Positions 20,743 to 31,052 of a DNA stretch of 64,000 bases are shown in pieces. The translations under genes and the position numbers were made by a program. Below the pieces are notes generated by a model, which was not told the origin of the DNA, ran no database searches, and was given only the letters and a program-made list of their open reading frames with translations. The DNA comes from Thermodesulfobacteriota bacterium (GTDB lineage: Bacteria > Desulfobacterota_D > UBA1144 > Nemesobacterales > JAJCZQ01), in NCBI GenBank assembly GCA_965215275.1, contig OZ244044.1:992001-1056000 (forward strand), written 5' to 3'. How positions within the stretch are numbered: position 1 is the first letter of the stretch; each line of letters begins with the position of its first letter.

Positions 20743-21783
20743 ATGTCTTCGTTTAAAACAATAGACTGGGCTGATAATAAAGTCGTTATGATAGATCAGC
20801 GGAGATTGCCGGACGAGGAGGTCTATCAGGAATATACATCTTATACCGAGGTAGCCACAGCAATCAGATCAATGGTGATCAGAGGTGCGCCGGCAATAGG
20901 GATCGCTGCGGCCATGGGCGTAGCCCTTGGATCACTTGAAGCAGAAACTTCCAGTAAGGAAAAATTCCTGGATGACATTAACAGGATCTGTGAAGTACTG
21001 GCTTCAACGAGGCCCACTGCCGTTAATCTGTTCTGGGCAATAGAAAGAATGAAAAAGGTCGTCTTTCTGAATAAAGAAAAAGAAATCCCAGAGATCCAGC
21101 AGGAACTCATCGCAGAGGCCAGGAAAATACTGAACGAAGATATAAAGATGTGCCAGAGTATAGGAAAGAACGGTTCAGGACTGATAAAAGAAGGTTCCGT
21201 CGTTCTGACTTACTGCAACGCCGGGGGCCTGGCCACGGGAGGATACGGAACTGCACTGGGAATTATAAGAAAAGCCCATGAAGAAAGTAAGAACATCAAG
21301 GTCATCTCCTGCGAAACCCGTCCTCGTCTTCAGGGAGCAAGATTAACCGCCTGGGAACTGGACAGAGAGGGTATACCCGTAACACTGGTCACCGACAACA
21401 TGGTAGGACACCTTATGAGCAGTAAAATAATAGATTCAGTGGTCGTAGGTGCAGACAGGATAGCTGCCAATGGAGACGTTGCCAACAAAATAGGCACTTA
21501 CACTGTTTCTGTACTTGCCAGACATCACAGAATTCCGTTTTACGTTGCGGCACCGACCTCAACGATAGACCACAACTGTCCCTCTGGAAAAGAAATAACG
21601 ATCGAGCAAAGGCACGGGTCGGAAATCACCCACTTTGGAGAAAGTAAGGTAGCAGCAGACGTTGAAGTTATGAACCCGGCATTCGACATTACTCCAAACG
21701 TCAACGTGGATTCAATTATCACGGAGACGGCTCTGCTCACGCCGCCTTATGATAAATCGCTGGGGGACTATATAGTTAAGTAG
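20743..21783 (+). CDS. mtnA: S-methyl-5-thioribose-1-phosphate isomerase
   Basis: IRGAPAIG, RPTAVNL, ETRPRLQGARLT, GADRIAANGD, NPAFDIT. Confidence 0.95.
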   Translation: MSSFKTIDWADNKVVMIDQRRLPDEEVYQEYTSYTEVATAIRSMVIRGAPAIGIAAAMGVALGSLEAETSSKEKFLDDINRICEVLASTRPTAVNLFWAIERMKKVVFLNKEKEIPEIQQELIAEARKILNEDIKMCQSIGKNGSGLIKEGSVVLTYCNAGGLATGGYGTALGIIRKAHEESKNIKVISCETRPRLQGARLTAWELDREGIPVTLVTDNMVGHLMSSKIIDSVVVGADRIAANGDVANKIGTYTVSVLARHHRIPFYVAAPTSTIDHNCPSGKEITIEQRHGSEITHFGESKVAADVEVMNPAFDITPNVNVDSIITETALLTPPYDKSLGDYIVK

Positions 21784-21928
21784 ACAAGAGAAGAAGTTTC
21801 TAAACAAGCAGGGAAATGGTAGTATTTTGGTATGGTTAGAACGGTAAGATACAGATTAAGATCTAATAACAGGAAGAAGTATAACAAACTGGAATCAACT
21901 GCTGGCTGTTGCAGGTTTATGCAGTTTA

Positions 21929-22366
21929 TTACAGTCCTTTTTCCATCTCCTCCTGAGCCTCCACGCTCAGGGTGGCAAAAGGAAGTGCCCTGAGCCTCCC
22001 TTCCCCTATCTTGTCTCCAGTAACTTCACAAACGCCATAGGTACCGTTCTCTATTTTTTTCAGCGCCTGATCTATCTGCGTTAATTTTTCACGCTCCCTG
22101 TTTGATAAGATCAAAGCCAGTTCACGCTGCTTGTCTTCGGAAGCATGGTCATAAAAATCCCCGACATCAAAACGCAGATGATCGGACTCCTCTTTAACAG
22201 ATTTAGCCACCTCTTTAAGTAACTCGTTCCTCATCTGCAAAAGCACCTGGCTCATTTCTTTCAGAAAATCAGAAGAATAACCAACCGAACTTTTAAATTT
22301 CCTTGTTCTGGCCTTTGGCCTGGTCTTTGTCTTTACTTTTTTTGCAGTGGTTTTTTTAGCAGACAC
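21929..22366 (-). CDS. TraR/DksA family regulator, cysteine-poor variant
   Basis: GDFYDHAS, YGVCEVTG...RLRALPFATLSVEAQ (only one Cys). Confidence 0.85.
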   Translation of the reverse strand: MSAKKTTAKKVKTKTRPKARTRKFKSSVGYSSDFLKEMSQVLLQMRNELLKEVAKSVKEESDHLRFDVGDFYDHASEDKQRELALILSNREREKLTQIDQALKKIENGTYGVCEVTGDKIGEGRLRALPFATLSVEAQEEMEKGL

Positions 22367-22694
22367 AGCTTTATGATCCTGTAGTATTTGAATTTTAGCT
22401 TTATTAAATTAATCCCATTTAACCGTTTGTCAATAAAGAGAAAGAGTAAAAAGGCATAAGCACATACGACCGCTGCATCATAAACTGATTAATAGTGCCT
22501 TGTAAAATCCCATAAAGTTATGGAATACCGCTCTTTTTAAAACAGATCTCACGGTCAAACCTCATAACATGAAAATTATATATTTAAACAAAAAAAGGAA
22601 TGATCCGGACAGCCTGAGGTGATATTTATCATTGCAAGAAAGGAAAGAAAAAGACGTTATACTTGACATTGCGGTAGGACAGAAGTACAATCCC

Positions 22695-22872
22695 ATTGAG
22701 TTTATAGGTTAAGGGAATTCAGATGAAAGTTCTGAACTGTGCCCGCAGCCGTGATTAAGGTATGTTTTTGGATCTTAATTGAAGCTAAACCATTTAGCTT
22801 CAGACCACTGGCTAAAAGCTGGGAAGGTTAATCCAAAGATTTAATCCTTATAAGTCGGAAGACCTGCCTGAA
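22695..22872 (+). promoter_or_regulatory. Cobalamin riboswitch
   Basis: AAGGGAA...TGAAA...CTGTGCCCGCAGCCGTGA...CCACTG...GGGAAGG...AAGTCGGAAGACCTGCC (B12 box) upstream of a TonB receptor gene. Confidence 0.88.
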
Positions 22873-23051
22873 TACAGTAAATAAGTGTATTGCCTCGGGA
22901 GCAAGGTATCAGCTTTTTATGAGTTACTGCGGAACATCTCAGATCATTACTTTCATATAAATTAATGCGACTATCTGAAAGGATCAGAAACTCATCAGCG
23001 TTTTAACCGGTCCGTTCTCCTTGGGGTGCTGCTTATGGAAGGAGATGTTAA

Positions 23052-24989
23052 ATGAAAAATACCGTACTTGTTTTTTTAACGTTAGCTCTTGTATGTTCTG
23101 CACAGACTTCGTCTGCCGAAGATACAAAAGAATTTCAGGAAGTCGTCGTTACAGCAACAAAAGTACCAACTCCGCTTGAGCAACTGGGAGCTTCAGTGGA
23201 AGTCATCACAGAAGAAGACATTGAGCAGAGCCGTGCAACGGACGCAGCAGATATATTAAGAAAAATCCCGGGTTTGATATTGCCACAAGGCGGAAGCAGG
23301 GGTGGTACCGCCTCACTGTTTGTAAGAGGAGGTGAAAGCGACTATAACCTTATAATGATAGACGGAGTTCAGGTCAATCAATCTGCAGGCGCGTTCGATC
23401 TTTCCAACCTTACCACGGAAAACATAGAAAGGATAGAGATCATCAAAGGATCTCATTCTGCAATTTACGGTTCTGACGCTTTAACGTCCGTAATTAACAT
23501 AATCACGAAAAAAGGTACCGGAAAACCCAGTTTTTTCTTATCAGGAGCACTTGGAGCGAGAAAGGAGAACGAAAACCTCATACAGGAATACAAAGCTGGT
23601 ATTTCTGCCGGGAACCAGAAATACAGCTATTTTCTTTCTTTTGGCAGATCAAGTGATGAGGGAATACTGGACGTAAATAATCAGTATAAAAACAACACTT
23701 ACACAGGCACCTTTAACCTGACCGAGGAGAACTTAAACTTCTCTCTTACAACTATCCATCAGGACTCTACATTTGAATTTCCCACAGGAAGTGCCGGGGA
23801 CAGGTTCGACGTTCCTGACCCGGATAATTTCTCGCAAAATGATACGACCGTCGTAGGAGTTAATATCTCCTACAGATCTCTGCCATGGTGGGAGAACGTT
23901 CTCTCCCTCGGGTGGACAAGACAGGAAAGGAATAACACAGATGCAGATAACGGTGTGGAAATAGACCCGTTCGGAGGCTCTGAAAGTAAAGTGGAAGAAA
24001 GAAGACGAACGGCTGACTACAGATCCAACGTATTTTTTAACAGCAACGACTTATACTCGGTTACAACGCTGGGATTTGAATATGAAAAAGAAAAGTACGA
24101 CGGTTTCGGACTGGACAACTCAAGGAAAAACTACGCTTATTATATACAGGAACATATTGGCTTATATGAAAGTCTTTTCATTACCGCAGGTATAAGGTTT
24201 GATGATAATGGAAATTACGGAACGGAGTTCACGCCAAGGGCTTCACTGTCATACCTTATCAAGGGTTATGGAACAAAACTGAGATCATCGGCAGGCAGGG
24301 GAATTAAGGAACCAAGCTTCTTTGAGAACTTCGCCAGCGGTTTTACCACGGGAAATCCAGACCTTAAACCCGAAGAATCCTTTAGTATAGAAGGCGGTAT
24401 AGATCAGTCTTTATTAGATGACACTGTGAAACTTTACTTCACTTATTTCTGGAACAGATTTGAAAATCTGATCCAGTATAAAAGTGATGGTTTTGACAAT
24501 GGAACAAATTATGCCAACATCCAGGAAACTAATACAAGCGGCATAGAGGTCGGTGGAGAATTTAATGTCAGCAGGGAATTAACGTTAGGGTTAAACTACA
24601 TTTATCTTGATGCCGAAGTAACTGAAGACGGCGGTTTAGGTTCTGCTGGATTTTCCGCAGGGTCTGAACTGATAAGGCGACCCAAGCATTATCTTTCTTT
24701 TGTGGCAAACTATTTTTACAAGGATTTTAACCTGAACGTATCTGGAACTTACATTGGCAAGAGAGATGACCTGGATTTTTCATCATTCCCCTCAAACAGG
24801 GTGAAAAACGACGCATACTTCAGAGCTGACCTTGCCGCAAGTTACAAACTCCCGCCGGGTCTTTCATATTTACAAGGGACAACCGTGTTTACAAGGATAA
24901 ACAATATTCTCAATAAGGATTATGAAGATATTTTCGGTTTTTCAAGTCCCGGATTTAACTTTACAGTGGGGTTGCACCTTATGTTTTAG
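23052..24989 (+). CDS. btuB: TonB-dependent receptor, vitamin B12 transporter BtuB-like
   Basis: Signal peptide, VVVTAT, plug IERIEIIKG..SAIYGSDA, NPDLKPE, C-terminal F; riboswitch upstream. Confidence 0.85.
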   Translation: MKNTVLVFLTLALVCSAQTSSAEDTKEFQEVVVTATKVPTPLEQLGASVEVITEEDIEQSRATDAADILRKIPGLILPQGGSRGGTASLFVRGGESDYNLIMIDGVQVNQSAGAFDLSNLTTENIERIEIIKGSHSAIYGSDALTSVINIITKKGTGKPSFFLSGALGARKENENLIQEYKAGISAGNQKYSYFLSFGRSSDEGILDVNNQYKNNTYTGTFNLTEENLNFSLTTIHQDSTFEFPTGSAGDRFDVPDPDNFSQNDTTVVGVNISYRSLPWWENVLSLGWTRQERNNTDADNGVEIDPFGGSESKVEERRRTADYRSNVFFNSNDLYSVTTLGFEYEKEKYDGFGLDNSRKNYAYYIQEHIGLYESLFITAGIRFDDNGNYGTEFTPRASLSYLIKGYGTKLRSSAGRGIKEPSFFENFASGFTTGNPDLKPEESFSIEGGIDQSLLDDTVKLYFTYFWNRFENLIQYKSDGFDNGTNYANIQETNTSGIEVGGEFNVSRELTLGLNYIYLDAEVTEDGGLGSAGFSAGSELIRRPKHYLSFVANYFYKDFNLNVSGTYIGKRDDLDFSSFPSNRVKNDAYFRADLAASYKLPPGLSYLQGTTVFTRINNILNKDYEDIFGFSSPGFNFTVGLHLMF

Positions 24990-25020
24990 CCATTAATATC
25001 ACAACCTAATCTGCTTTACA

Positions 25021-25048
25021 CGGGTTACCCATATTAACCCGCTCTTAT
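25021..25048 (+). terminator. Possible intrinsic terminator hairpin
   Basis: CGGGTTA-cccatat-TAACCCG between converging btuB and LLM genes. Confidence 0.4.
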
Positions 25049-25085
25049 TATAGATCTGAAATCTTATTTTTCTTGGCAGGTTCCT

Positions 25086-26111
25086 TCACTTTACAAAAGG
25101 AATAACCTCTTCTCCAAACAGTTTAATACATCTGGCGATCGCCTCGTTCGGCGCTTGCGGGAAGACCATTCTGCAAGCTATGTAATTAATGCCTGTTTCC
25201 TCTCTGTACTTACTTATCTCATCAACGCAGTAACTTGGGGTCCCGATCATAAACCTGTCATCGGCAATATGCTCAAACAACGGATCATCAATACTTTTTA
25301 CCTGCTGACCTCTGATAAATATCTTCACACCCAGAGTGAAATAAAACTTATACATATTTATTATATACTCCCTTCCCCCCTCCATCGCCTTATCCCCTGT
25401 TTCAGCAATGAACGTCTCTCTGAGCAGAATATGTTCAAAATCATCAGGGTTATACCCTTCCTTTGAGGCAGAGTCGTTAAACCAGTCTAACGTGTCCTTT
25501 ATCATATCGGTCGTCCTTCCAGGACCTATAAGTAAAGGACATCCCAGTCGCCCTGCCCTTCTGATCGCCGGCTCTTCAAATGCTCCGATGTAGATCGGGG
25601 GAGGGTTTTGTAACGGCTTGGGGGTAACGTCGATATTTTCAAAGTTAAATCTTTTACCTTTGAACGTAAACGGCTCGTTACTCCAGGACTTCTTTATTAT
25701 TTCAATTCCTTCTTCAATCCTCGAAGGACGCTCAGCTATTGGTATATTAAATCCATCAAATTCTTCTTTTCTGTACCCTATAGCCACTCCAAGATCAAAA
25801 CGTCCGCCGGATATTAAATCCACCGTAGCAGCATCCTCAGCAACACGAACGGGATTGTGAAGTGTAAGTATCAGGGCCCCGGTACCGATCCTGATAGTAC
25901 TGGTGGAAGCTGCCATTGCCGCAGCCATAGTAAGGGGAGACGAACAGTATCCATCCTCCAGGAAGTGGTGTTCAGACAACCAGGCAGAATGAAATCCCAC
26001 ATTTTCTGCCAGTTTAACATTCTCCAACGTGTTTCTGTAAAGATCCCGATGGGTTACGTCCGGAAGGTCCTTATGAGTCTGCATACTGAAAAGTCCAACG
26101 CCAAGTTTCAT
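25086..26111 (-). CDS. LLM-class flavin-dependent oxidoreductase
   Basis: WLSEHHF, PVRVAEDAATVDLISGGRF. Confidence 0.9.
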   Translation of the reverse strand: MKLGVGLFSMQTHKDLPDVTHRDLYRNTLENVKLAENVGFHSAWLSEHHFLEDGYCSSPLTMAAAMAASTSTIRIGTGALILTLHNPVRVAEDAATVDLISGGRFDLGVAIGYRKEEFDGFNIPIAERPSRIEEGIEIIKKSWSNEPFTFKGKRFNFENIDVTPKPLQNPPPIYIGAFEEPAIRRAGRLGCPLLIGPGRTTDMIKDTLDWFNDSASKEGYNPDDFEHILLRETFIAETGDKAMEGGREYIINMYKFYFTLGVKIFIRGQQVKSIDDPLFEHIADDRFMIGTPSYCVDEISKYREETGINYIACRMVFPQAPNEAIARCIKLFGEEVIPFVK

Positions 26112-26191
26112 AAAACATCCTCCAGAAATAATCTTAAGTAATGAAAATTATATACAAAGATACATAAAACAGTTACTTATCTGCTAATTCA

Positions 26192-26579
26192 GGGAACTAT
26201 ATAGGAAAGTTGGCGAAATAGCAATTTGAGGAATATACAGATGAGTTTTCAGAAGGTTAAACGATAGGTAACGTTAAAACAGACACACAAGACCGATTGG
26301 ATGCTCTTTTTAGCAGTATGGCAGGAAAAACTATTACCTTTTAACAATTAACACAGTAATGACGACCCAGGATAGAGGAGTCCTGACCGTGTCTGGTAGT
26401 TATTCCTTTTATGATGAAAAAGTTTAAAAGCAAAAAAGATGTTTTTTAAAATGGAATCAATCCCGCATAAACGACTATAAAAAACCAACTAAAGTAAGGA
26501 CTGAATAAAAGTTTTAAATCAGTAGTAAACTCTATAGGAAATCCTTTTATAAAAGAAGTTAATAATTAAAGGAAGTTAT
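26192..26579 (+). mobile_element. Decayed IS1595 relic (left IR plus transposase C-terminal fragment)
   Basis: GGGAACTATATAGGAAAGTTG identical to the IR at 36600; frameshifted YTDEFS...GNVKTDTQDRLDALFSSMAGKTITF*QLT; 26438-26579 similar to 40957-41097. Confidence 0.7.
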
Positions 26580-26992
26580 TAGTTACCATTTTCTTTTTTA
26601 TTCTTAATAAAATCATTAAAAGACCTGATCAATTCGTCTATAACTTTCGCATGAGAATCTAATTTTTTATTCATATCTTCCAACTGATTTTTTGTCTGAG
26701 AAGACAACTGATAAATATCCTTTTTAACTTCCTCAATCTTGTCTGAATATTCTTCTAACATTTCCTTCTCCTTAATACTTAACTGATTATCTATATATAT
26801 TCTGATAAATAAAAACGTAGCAGCAACTATTGACGTTGATAGTAATACAAAAGCAACTAAATTTAATCCTAATAGCTTATAATAATTATAATAAGTCGCT
26901 ATACCAAAAACACATATACCGAGTACAAGGTATATAAATATCAAAACAGTTAACAAACTATCTATTGTACCTTTAAGGTTCCTGCGTTCCAT
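26579..26992 (-). CDS. Hypothetical membrane protein (2 TM helices + coiled coil)
   Basis: AT-rich 137-aa ORF with two hydrophobic helices and a charged C-terminus. Confidence 0.7.
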   Translation of the reverse strand: MERRNLKGTIDSLLTVLIFIYLVLGICVFGIATYYNYYKLLGLNLVAFVLLSTSIVAATFLFIRIYIDNQLSIKEKEMLEEYSDKIEEVKKDIYQLSSQTKNQLEDMNKKLDSHAKVIDELIRSFNDFIKNKKENGN

Positions 26993-27293
26993 AATAATCT
27001 TATATCAGACCGTGAGTGATTAGTCAACCTTTTTAACGGATCAGATATTTATACTTTATCCGTATCAAAGATAACCTTGAACTTTCCATAACTGTGCCAG
27101 TTTTAACCGTGAAGGTATATTGTGGAGAACGGTTATTGCAGCAGTAAGAATATCAGCGTATTAATTAAATATTCAACCATTTCCGATGTAAATCAAGCAA
27201 AGGATTTTCCAAAACGCTTCCAATGAAACTATTGAACCTTTAAATAGAATATGTTTTAATCAATGATGAGAATTCCTTGAAGAGGTGATAAAA

Positions 27294-28349
27294 ATGGCTA
27301 AAGATATTAAGTTTGGACTTTCCGCTCCTATGCCTGGTGCTGACGTTAAAGGACTGATCGAATTTTCCGTTAAGGCTGATCAACTGGGTTTTGACACCAT
27401 ATGGTATCCCGATCATCTATTATTTGTAGCACCCAACGCAATCGCACCGGAGGCATGGACGGTCGCAGCGGCAGCGGCAACGCAGACCAGTAATATTAAC
27501 CTGGGGACCGTCTCCGACCCTCACAGAATGCATCCCGCCGTTTTTGCTCAGAGACTCGCCACGGTGGACCAGCTTTCAAAGGGAAGAACGGTTTTGACCC
27601 TGGGCGTGGGTGAATCAATGAACCTTGACGCCTTTGGAATTGAATGGAACAAACCTCTGGCAAAGCTCAGAGAATCAATGGAGGTCATGGAAATACTCTG
27701 GGAAACTGACGAACCAACCGATTTTAAAGGGCAGTTCTATAATCTTGAAAGTGCATTTTTGCAGATAAAACCCTATGAAAGGACAAGCATACCGTTTTAT
27801 ATCGCCACTCATACGCCAAAGGGACTTAAACTGACTGGAGAAAAAGGCAACGGATGGCTTCCGATCGACCTTAATCCCGACCTTTACTCAAAATACTATG
27901 CAGATATAAGGTCCGCCGCTGAAGGTGCTGGACGCTCCCTGGATGATTTTGATCCTGCCCTCTGGGTGTTCACGTCCCTTGGAAACAGCGTTGATGAAGC
28001 ATACAAGACACTTGAACCGTTCAAATACGTGCTCGTGATGCAGGACCAGCTTCTTAAAGCCGGATACGACGTTGAAATACCAGAAGAATATCATGGGCTT
28101 AACTACTTCAATATCGTACCAACTGATGAAAAAGGAAGACAGAACTTCAGAGAGCTGGGACAGCTGTTCCCAAGAGAGGCAATTCTGGACTTCACGATCA
28201 CCGGGGCCAAGAAAGACTGCATTGAAAAGATCGAGAAGTTTATTGACGCAGGAGTCAGGAACTTTGTGCTCTTTTATCGCTTCAGTCCCGATCCAGATCT
28301 GGCGCTTGAGACTTATGCAAAAGAGATCATACCTTATTTTAAGGGTTGA
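27294..28349 (+). CDS. LLM-class oxidoreductase, possibly F420-dependent
   Basis: GFDTIWYPDH, HPAVFAQRLATVDQLSKGR..LGVGE..N. Confidence 0.88.
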   Translation: MAKDIKFGLSAPMPGADVKGLIEFSVKADQLGFDTIWYPDHLLFVAPNAIAPEAWTVAAAAATQTSNINLGTVSDPHRMHPAVFAQRLATVDQLSKGRTVLTLGVGESMNLDAFGIEWNKPLAKLRESMEVMEILWETDEPTDFKGQFYNLESAFLQIKPYERTSIPFYIATHTPKGLKLTGEKGNGWLPIDLNPDLYSKYYADIRSAAEGAGRSLDDFDPALWVFTSLGNSVDEAYKTLEPFKYVLVMQDQLLKAGYDVEIPEEYHGLNYFNIVPTDEKGRQNFRELGQLFPREAILDFTITGAKKDCIEKIEKFIDAGVRNFVLFYRFSPDPDLALETYAKEIIPYFKG

Positions 28350-29938
28350 TCCTTAACAAACTCAACTCTGTTGAAATAGATAAGGTCCAGTGGGTCGGGT
28401 TCCAGACCACGGATAAAAGGTTTGATCATGTTCTGCTGAACGTGATTAACGTATGGCACTACAGGAACGTCCTTTTCAAGCAGTATTTTCTGTGCCTGGT
28501 CATATATATCCTTTCTTATCTCTTGCTTCTGTTCTGCCGCGGCTCTTTCCACAAGACGGTCGTACTCCGGGTTGCACCAGCCAGTATGATTATTACCGCT
28601 TTTACACTTAAAGAGGTTCATAAAGTTGTGAGGGTCAGGAAAGTCTGCTCCCCAACCACCGCGGGATATTTCAGGGGGATCGATCTGCCGGGTCTTCAGG
28701 TACACTTTCCATTCCTGATTAACGAGCTTTACCTTGACTCCGAGATGTTTTTTCCACATGCTCTGCAAAGCCTCGGCCACGATCCTGTTATTACCAATAT
28801 CCGGATATAAGAACGACACCTTCGGAAAATTAACTCCACCCGGATAACCGGCATCTGCAAGCAGTTTCCTGGCATTAACGGGATCAAAGCCAATACCTAT
28901 ATCAGGATTATGAGCAAGCATGTTCCTAGGTATCCATGAAGTCGCTGCCACTCCGGCTCCCTGTATCAACCTGACGATGCTGTCCCTGTCAATAACGCTG
29001 CCAAAGGCTTTTCTAACGACAGGATCATCAAAAGGAGGTTTACTCACGTTAAATGCCACGTAGCTTCCCCTGAACGCCTCTTTACTTACAAACTCCTTCG
29101 ATCTGCGCAGCCTCGGGACCTCCAGCACGGGCAAGCCCTTACTGTCCAGAAAGTCCAGTTCACCACTTTCGTAAAGTGCAAGCGTGGAAGTGGGGTTTTC
29201 GTTCATGATCATCCTTACCTTTTTTACACTTCCTGGCTTATTTCCCCAGTATTTTTCATTTTCTCTAAGGACTATGAAGTTGTGATGTTTCCATTCTGCA
29301 AGATCGTAAGCACCCAGTGTCACTATATTTTCCGGTTCGGTCCAGTTTATCCCGTGACTTTCCACTATGTCTTGCCTCATGGGAAAAGTGGACATGAAAG
29401 TAACAAGACTTATGAAGTAGCTGGCAGGACGTTCCAACTTAACCTGTAAGGTCCGATCATTGACTGCCTTCACCCCTACTTTACGAAAATCACTGATCTT
29501 TCCCGCGTTGTATTTTTCGGCGTTTTTAATATCAAATAAAAAATACGCGTAATCTCCCCCGGTTGACGGATCCAGTATCCTGCTCCATGAATAAACAAAA
29601 TCCTGTGCTTTAAGAGGCTTTCCGTCCGACCACAGAACGTTCTCACGGATATTAAAAGTGTACGTCATGCCGTCTTTACTTATATTCCAGCTTGCCGCCA
29701 GTGCCGGTTCAGGTTTATAATCCGCATTAAATCTGGTAAGCCCGTCCATAATGTTATTAAGAATGGTGTAAGAGGTACTGTCGGTGGCAAGGGACCAGTC
29801 AAGAGAGAAAGGTTCAGTTCCTATATTGATATTTAACGTGTCCTTTACTTTTATGCTTTTGTCCTTATTATCAGTGCCCTGGCAGGAATAATAAAAGACG
29901 GTGATTAAAATAAGGAGCAGACAGAAACATCTTTTCAT
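28334..29938 (-). CDS. oppA: Peptide ABC transporter substrate-binding lipoprotein (OppA-like)
   Basis: Lipobox YSC, ALAASW..S.DG.TYTF.IR..WSDG, WGADFPDP. Confidence 0.88.
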   Translation of the reverse strand: MKRCFCLLLILITVFYYSCQGTDNKDKSIKVKDTLNINIGTEPFSLDWSLATDSTSYTILNNIMDGLTRFNADYKPEPALAASWNISKDGMTYTFNIRENVLWSDGKPLKAQDFVYSWSRILDPSTGGDYAYFLFDIKNAEKYNAGKISDFRKVGVKAVNDRTLQVKLERPASYFISLVTFMSTFPMRQDIVESHGINWTEPENIVTLGAYDLAEWKHHNFIVLRENEKYWGNKPGSVKKVRMIMNENPTSTLALYESGELDFLDSKGLPVLEVPRLRRSKEFVSKEAFRGSYVAFNVSKPPFDDPVVRKAFGSVIDRDSIVRLIQGAGVAATSWIPRNMLAHNPDIGIGFDPVNARKLLADAGYPGGVNFPKVSFLYPDIGNNRIVAEALQSMWKKHLGVKVKLVNQEWKVYLKTRQIDPPEISRGGWGADFPDPHNFMNLFKCKSGNNHTGWCNPEYDRLVERAAAEQKQEIRKDIYDQAQKILLEKDVPVVPYVNHVQQNMIKPFIRGLEPDPLDLIYFNRVEFVKDQPLK

Positions 29939-30119
29939 AACGGCATAAGGATAATGAGGACTGATGTAACATCAATAGAAAAGCTGAACTTATTACACTT
30001 TGCCTTGACTACACTGAATATGTTCCTTTAAATATACTTTAACATCTTAAAATACTGAACGAGCAGTCCAAACTGCCACAAAATATATACAAGGAAAAAC
30101 AGAGGAATAAATATAATTA

Positions 30120-31052
30120 ATGTCTAATCTAATATCCTGTAAAGACCTGTCAAGCAGTGCGGGAGAACATCTGTTCGGAACCGCCCCCAGGACCTATCAC
30201 TGGTTCTTGCTGGAATACCCTTACCACTGGGAAAAAGATATTCTGAACAACATCAAGGTCCCACAAAATGTAAAAGACGAACTGAACCGCCTGCTCGGAT
30301 CATTTCCGCGGTCCCGACTTCAGCTGATCAAGAAGAACGGACCTCAGAGTTCCAAAATATGTTTCTACTATGTAAATTCCGCTGAGTTTGATCCCAAGGT
30401 GTACAAGTTCACATTAGACAGCTTTGAGGATATAATTCCCTTAAACCTGACCGACCTGATAGAAAACAAAGATATAAAGAACTCGGAAACGGATGAAAAG
30501 CTGGCCTTGATCTGTACTCACGGAACATACGACAGATGCTGCGGTACCTATGGGGTGCCGGTATATAATGAAATATCCTGCAGCGAACATTTAAACGTGT
30601 GGCAAACAACTCACGTCGGGGCACACAGGTTTTCAGCTAATCTTGTAATGCTTCCCGAGGGGATCTACTACGGCAGGGTCGATCCCGGCAACGTAGAAAA
30701 TATCACAAGAGCACATATCAACGGCGAGATATACCTGGACTGCTTCAGAGGAAGATGCTGCTACGGTCAGATCTCTCAGGTCTCTGATTACTTTCTCAGA
30801 AAAGAAATAAAGAAATACAGTATTTACGACCTGGAATGGGAGTTTGAAAAAGACATGGACGCTTACACGGCAACTGAATTCAAACTGCGGGACGAAGACA
30901 TTGGATACAGCGTTAACTCGGTCGTGCTGAATAACGCGATCGTTATAAAGCCAAGCTGCAGCAGCGATAAAACCGAAGCTGTTCCACAGTTTTACTTCTA
31001 CAGCCTTATACCTTATACGCCCAGGAAGGAACAGGAAGACAAAAACGGCTAA
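30120..31052 (+). CDS. Sucrase-ferredoxin-like (thioredoxin-like 2Fe-2S) protein
   Basis: ICTHGTYDRCCG, WQTTHVGAHRFS, GIYYGR. Confidence 0.85.
   Translation: MSNLISCKDLSSSAGEHLFGTAPRTYHWFLLEYPYHWEKDILNNIKVPQNVKDELNRLLGSFPRSRLQLIKKNGPQSSKICFYYVNSAEFDPKVYKFTLDSFEDIIPLNLTDLIENKDIKNSETDEKLALICTHGTYDRCCGTYGVPVYNEISCSEHLNVWQTTHVGAHRFSANLVMLPEGIYYGRVDPGNVENITRAHINGEIYLDCFRGRCCYGQISQVSDYFLRKEIKKYSIYDLEWEFEKDMDAYTATEFKLRDEDIGYSVNSVVLNNAIVIKPSCSSDKTEAVPQFYFYSLIPYTPRKEQEDKNG

Noticed and set aside
27077..27098. Possible right IR for the 26192 relic
   Set aside because: Only the GGAAAGTT core matches and there is no TSD.
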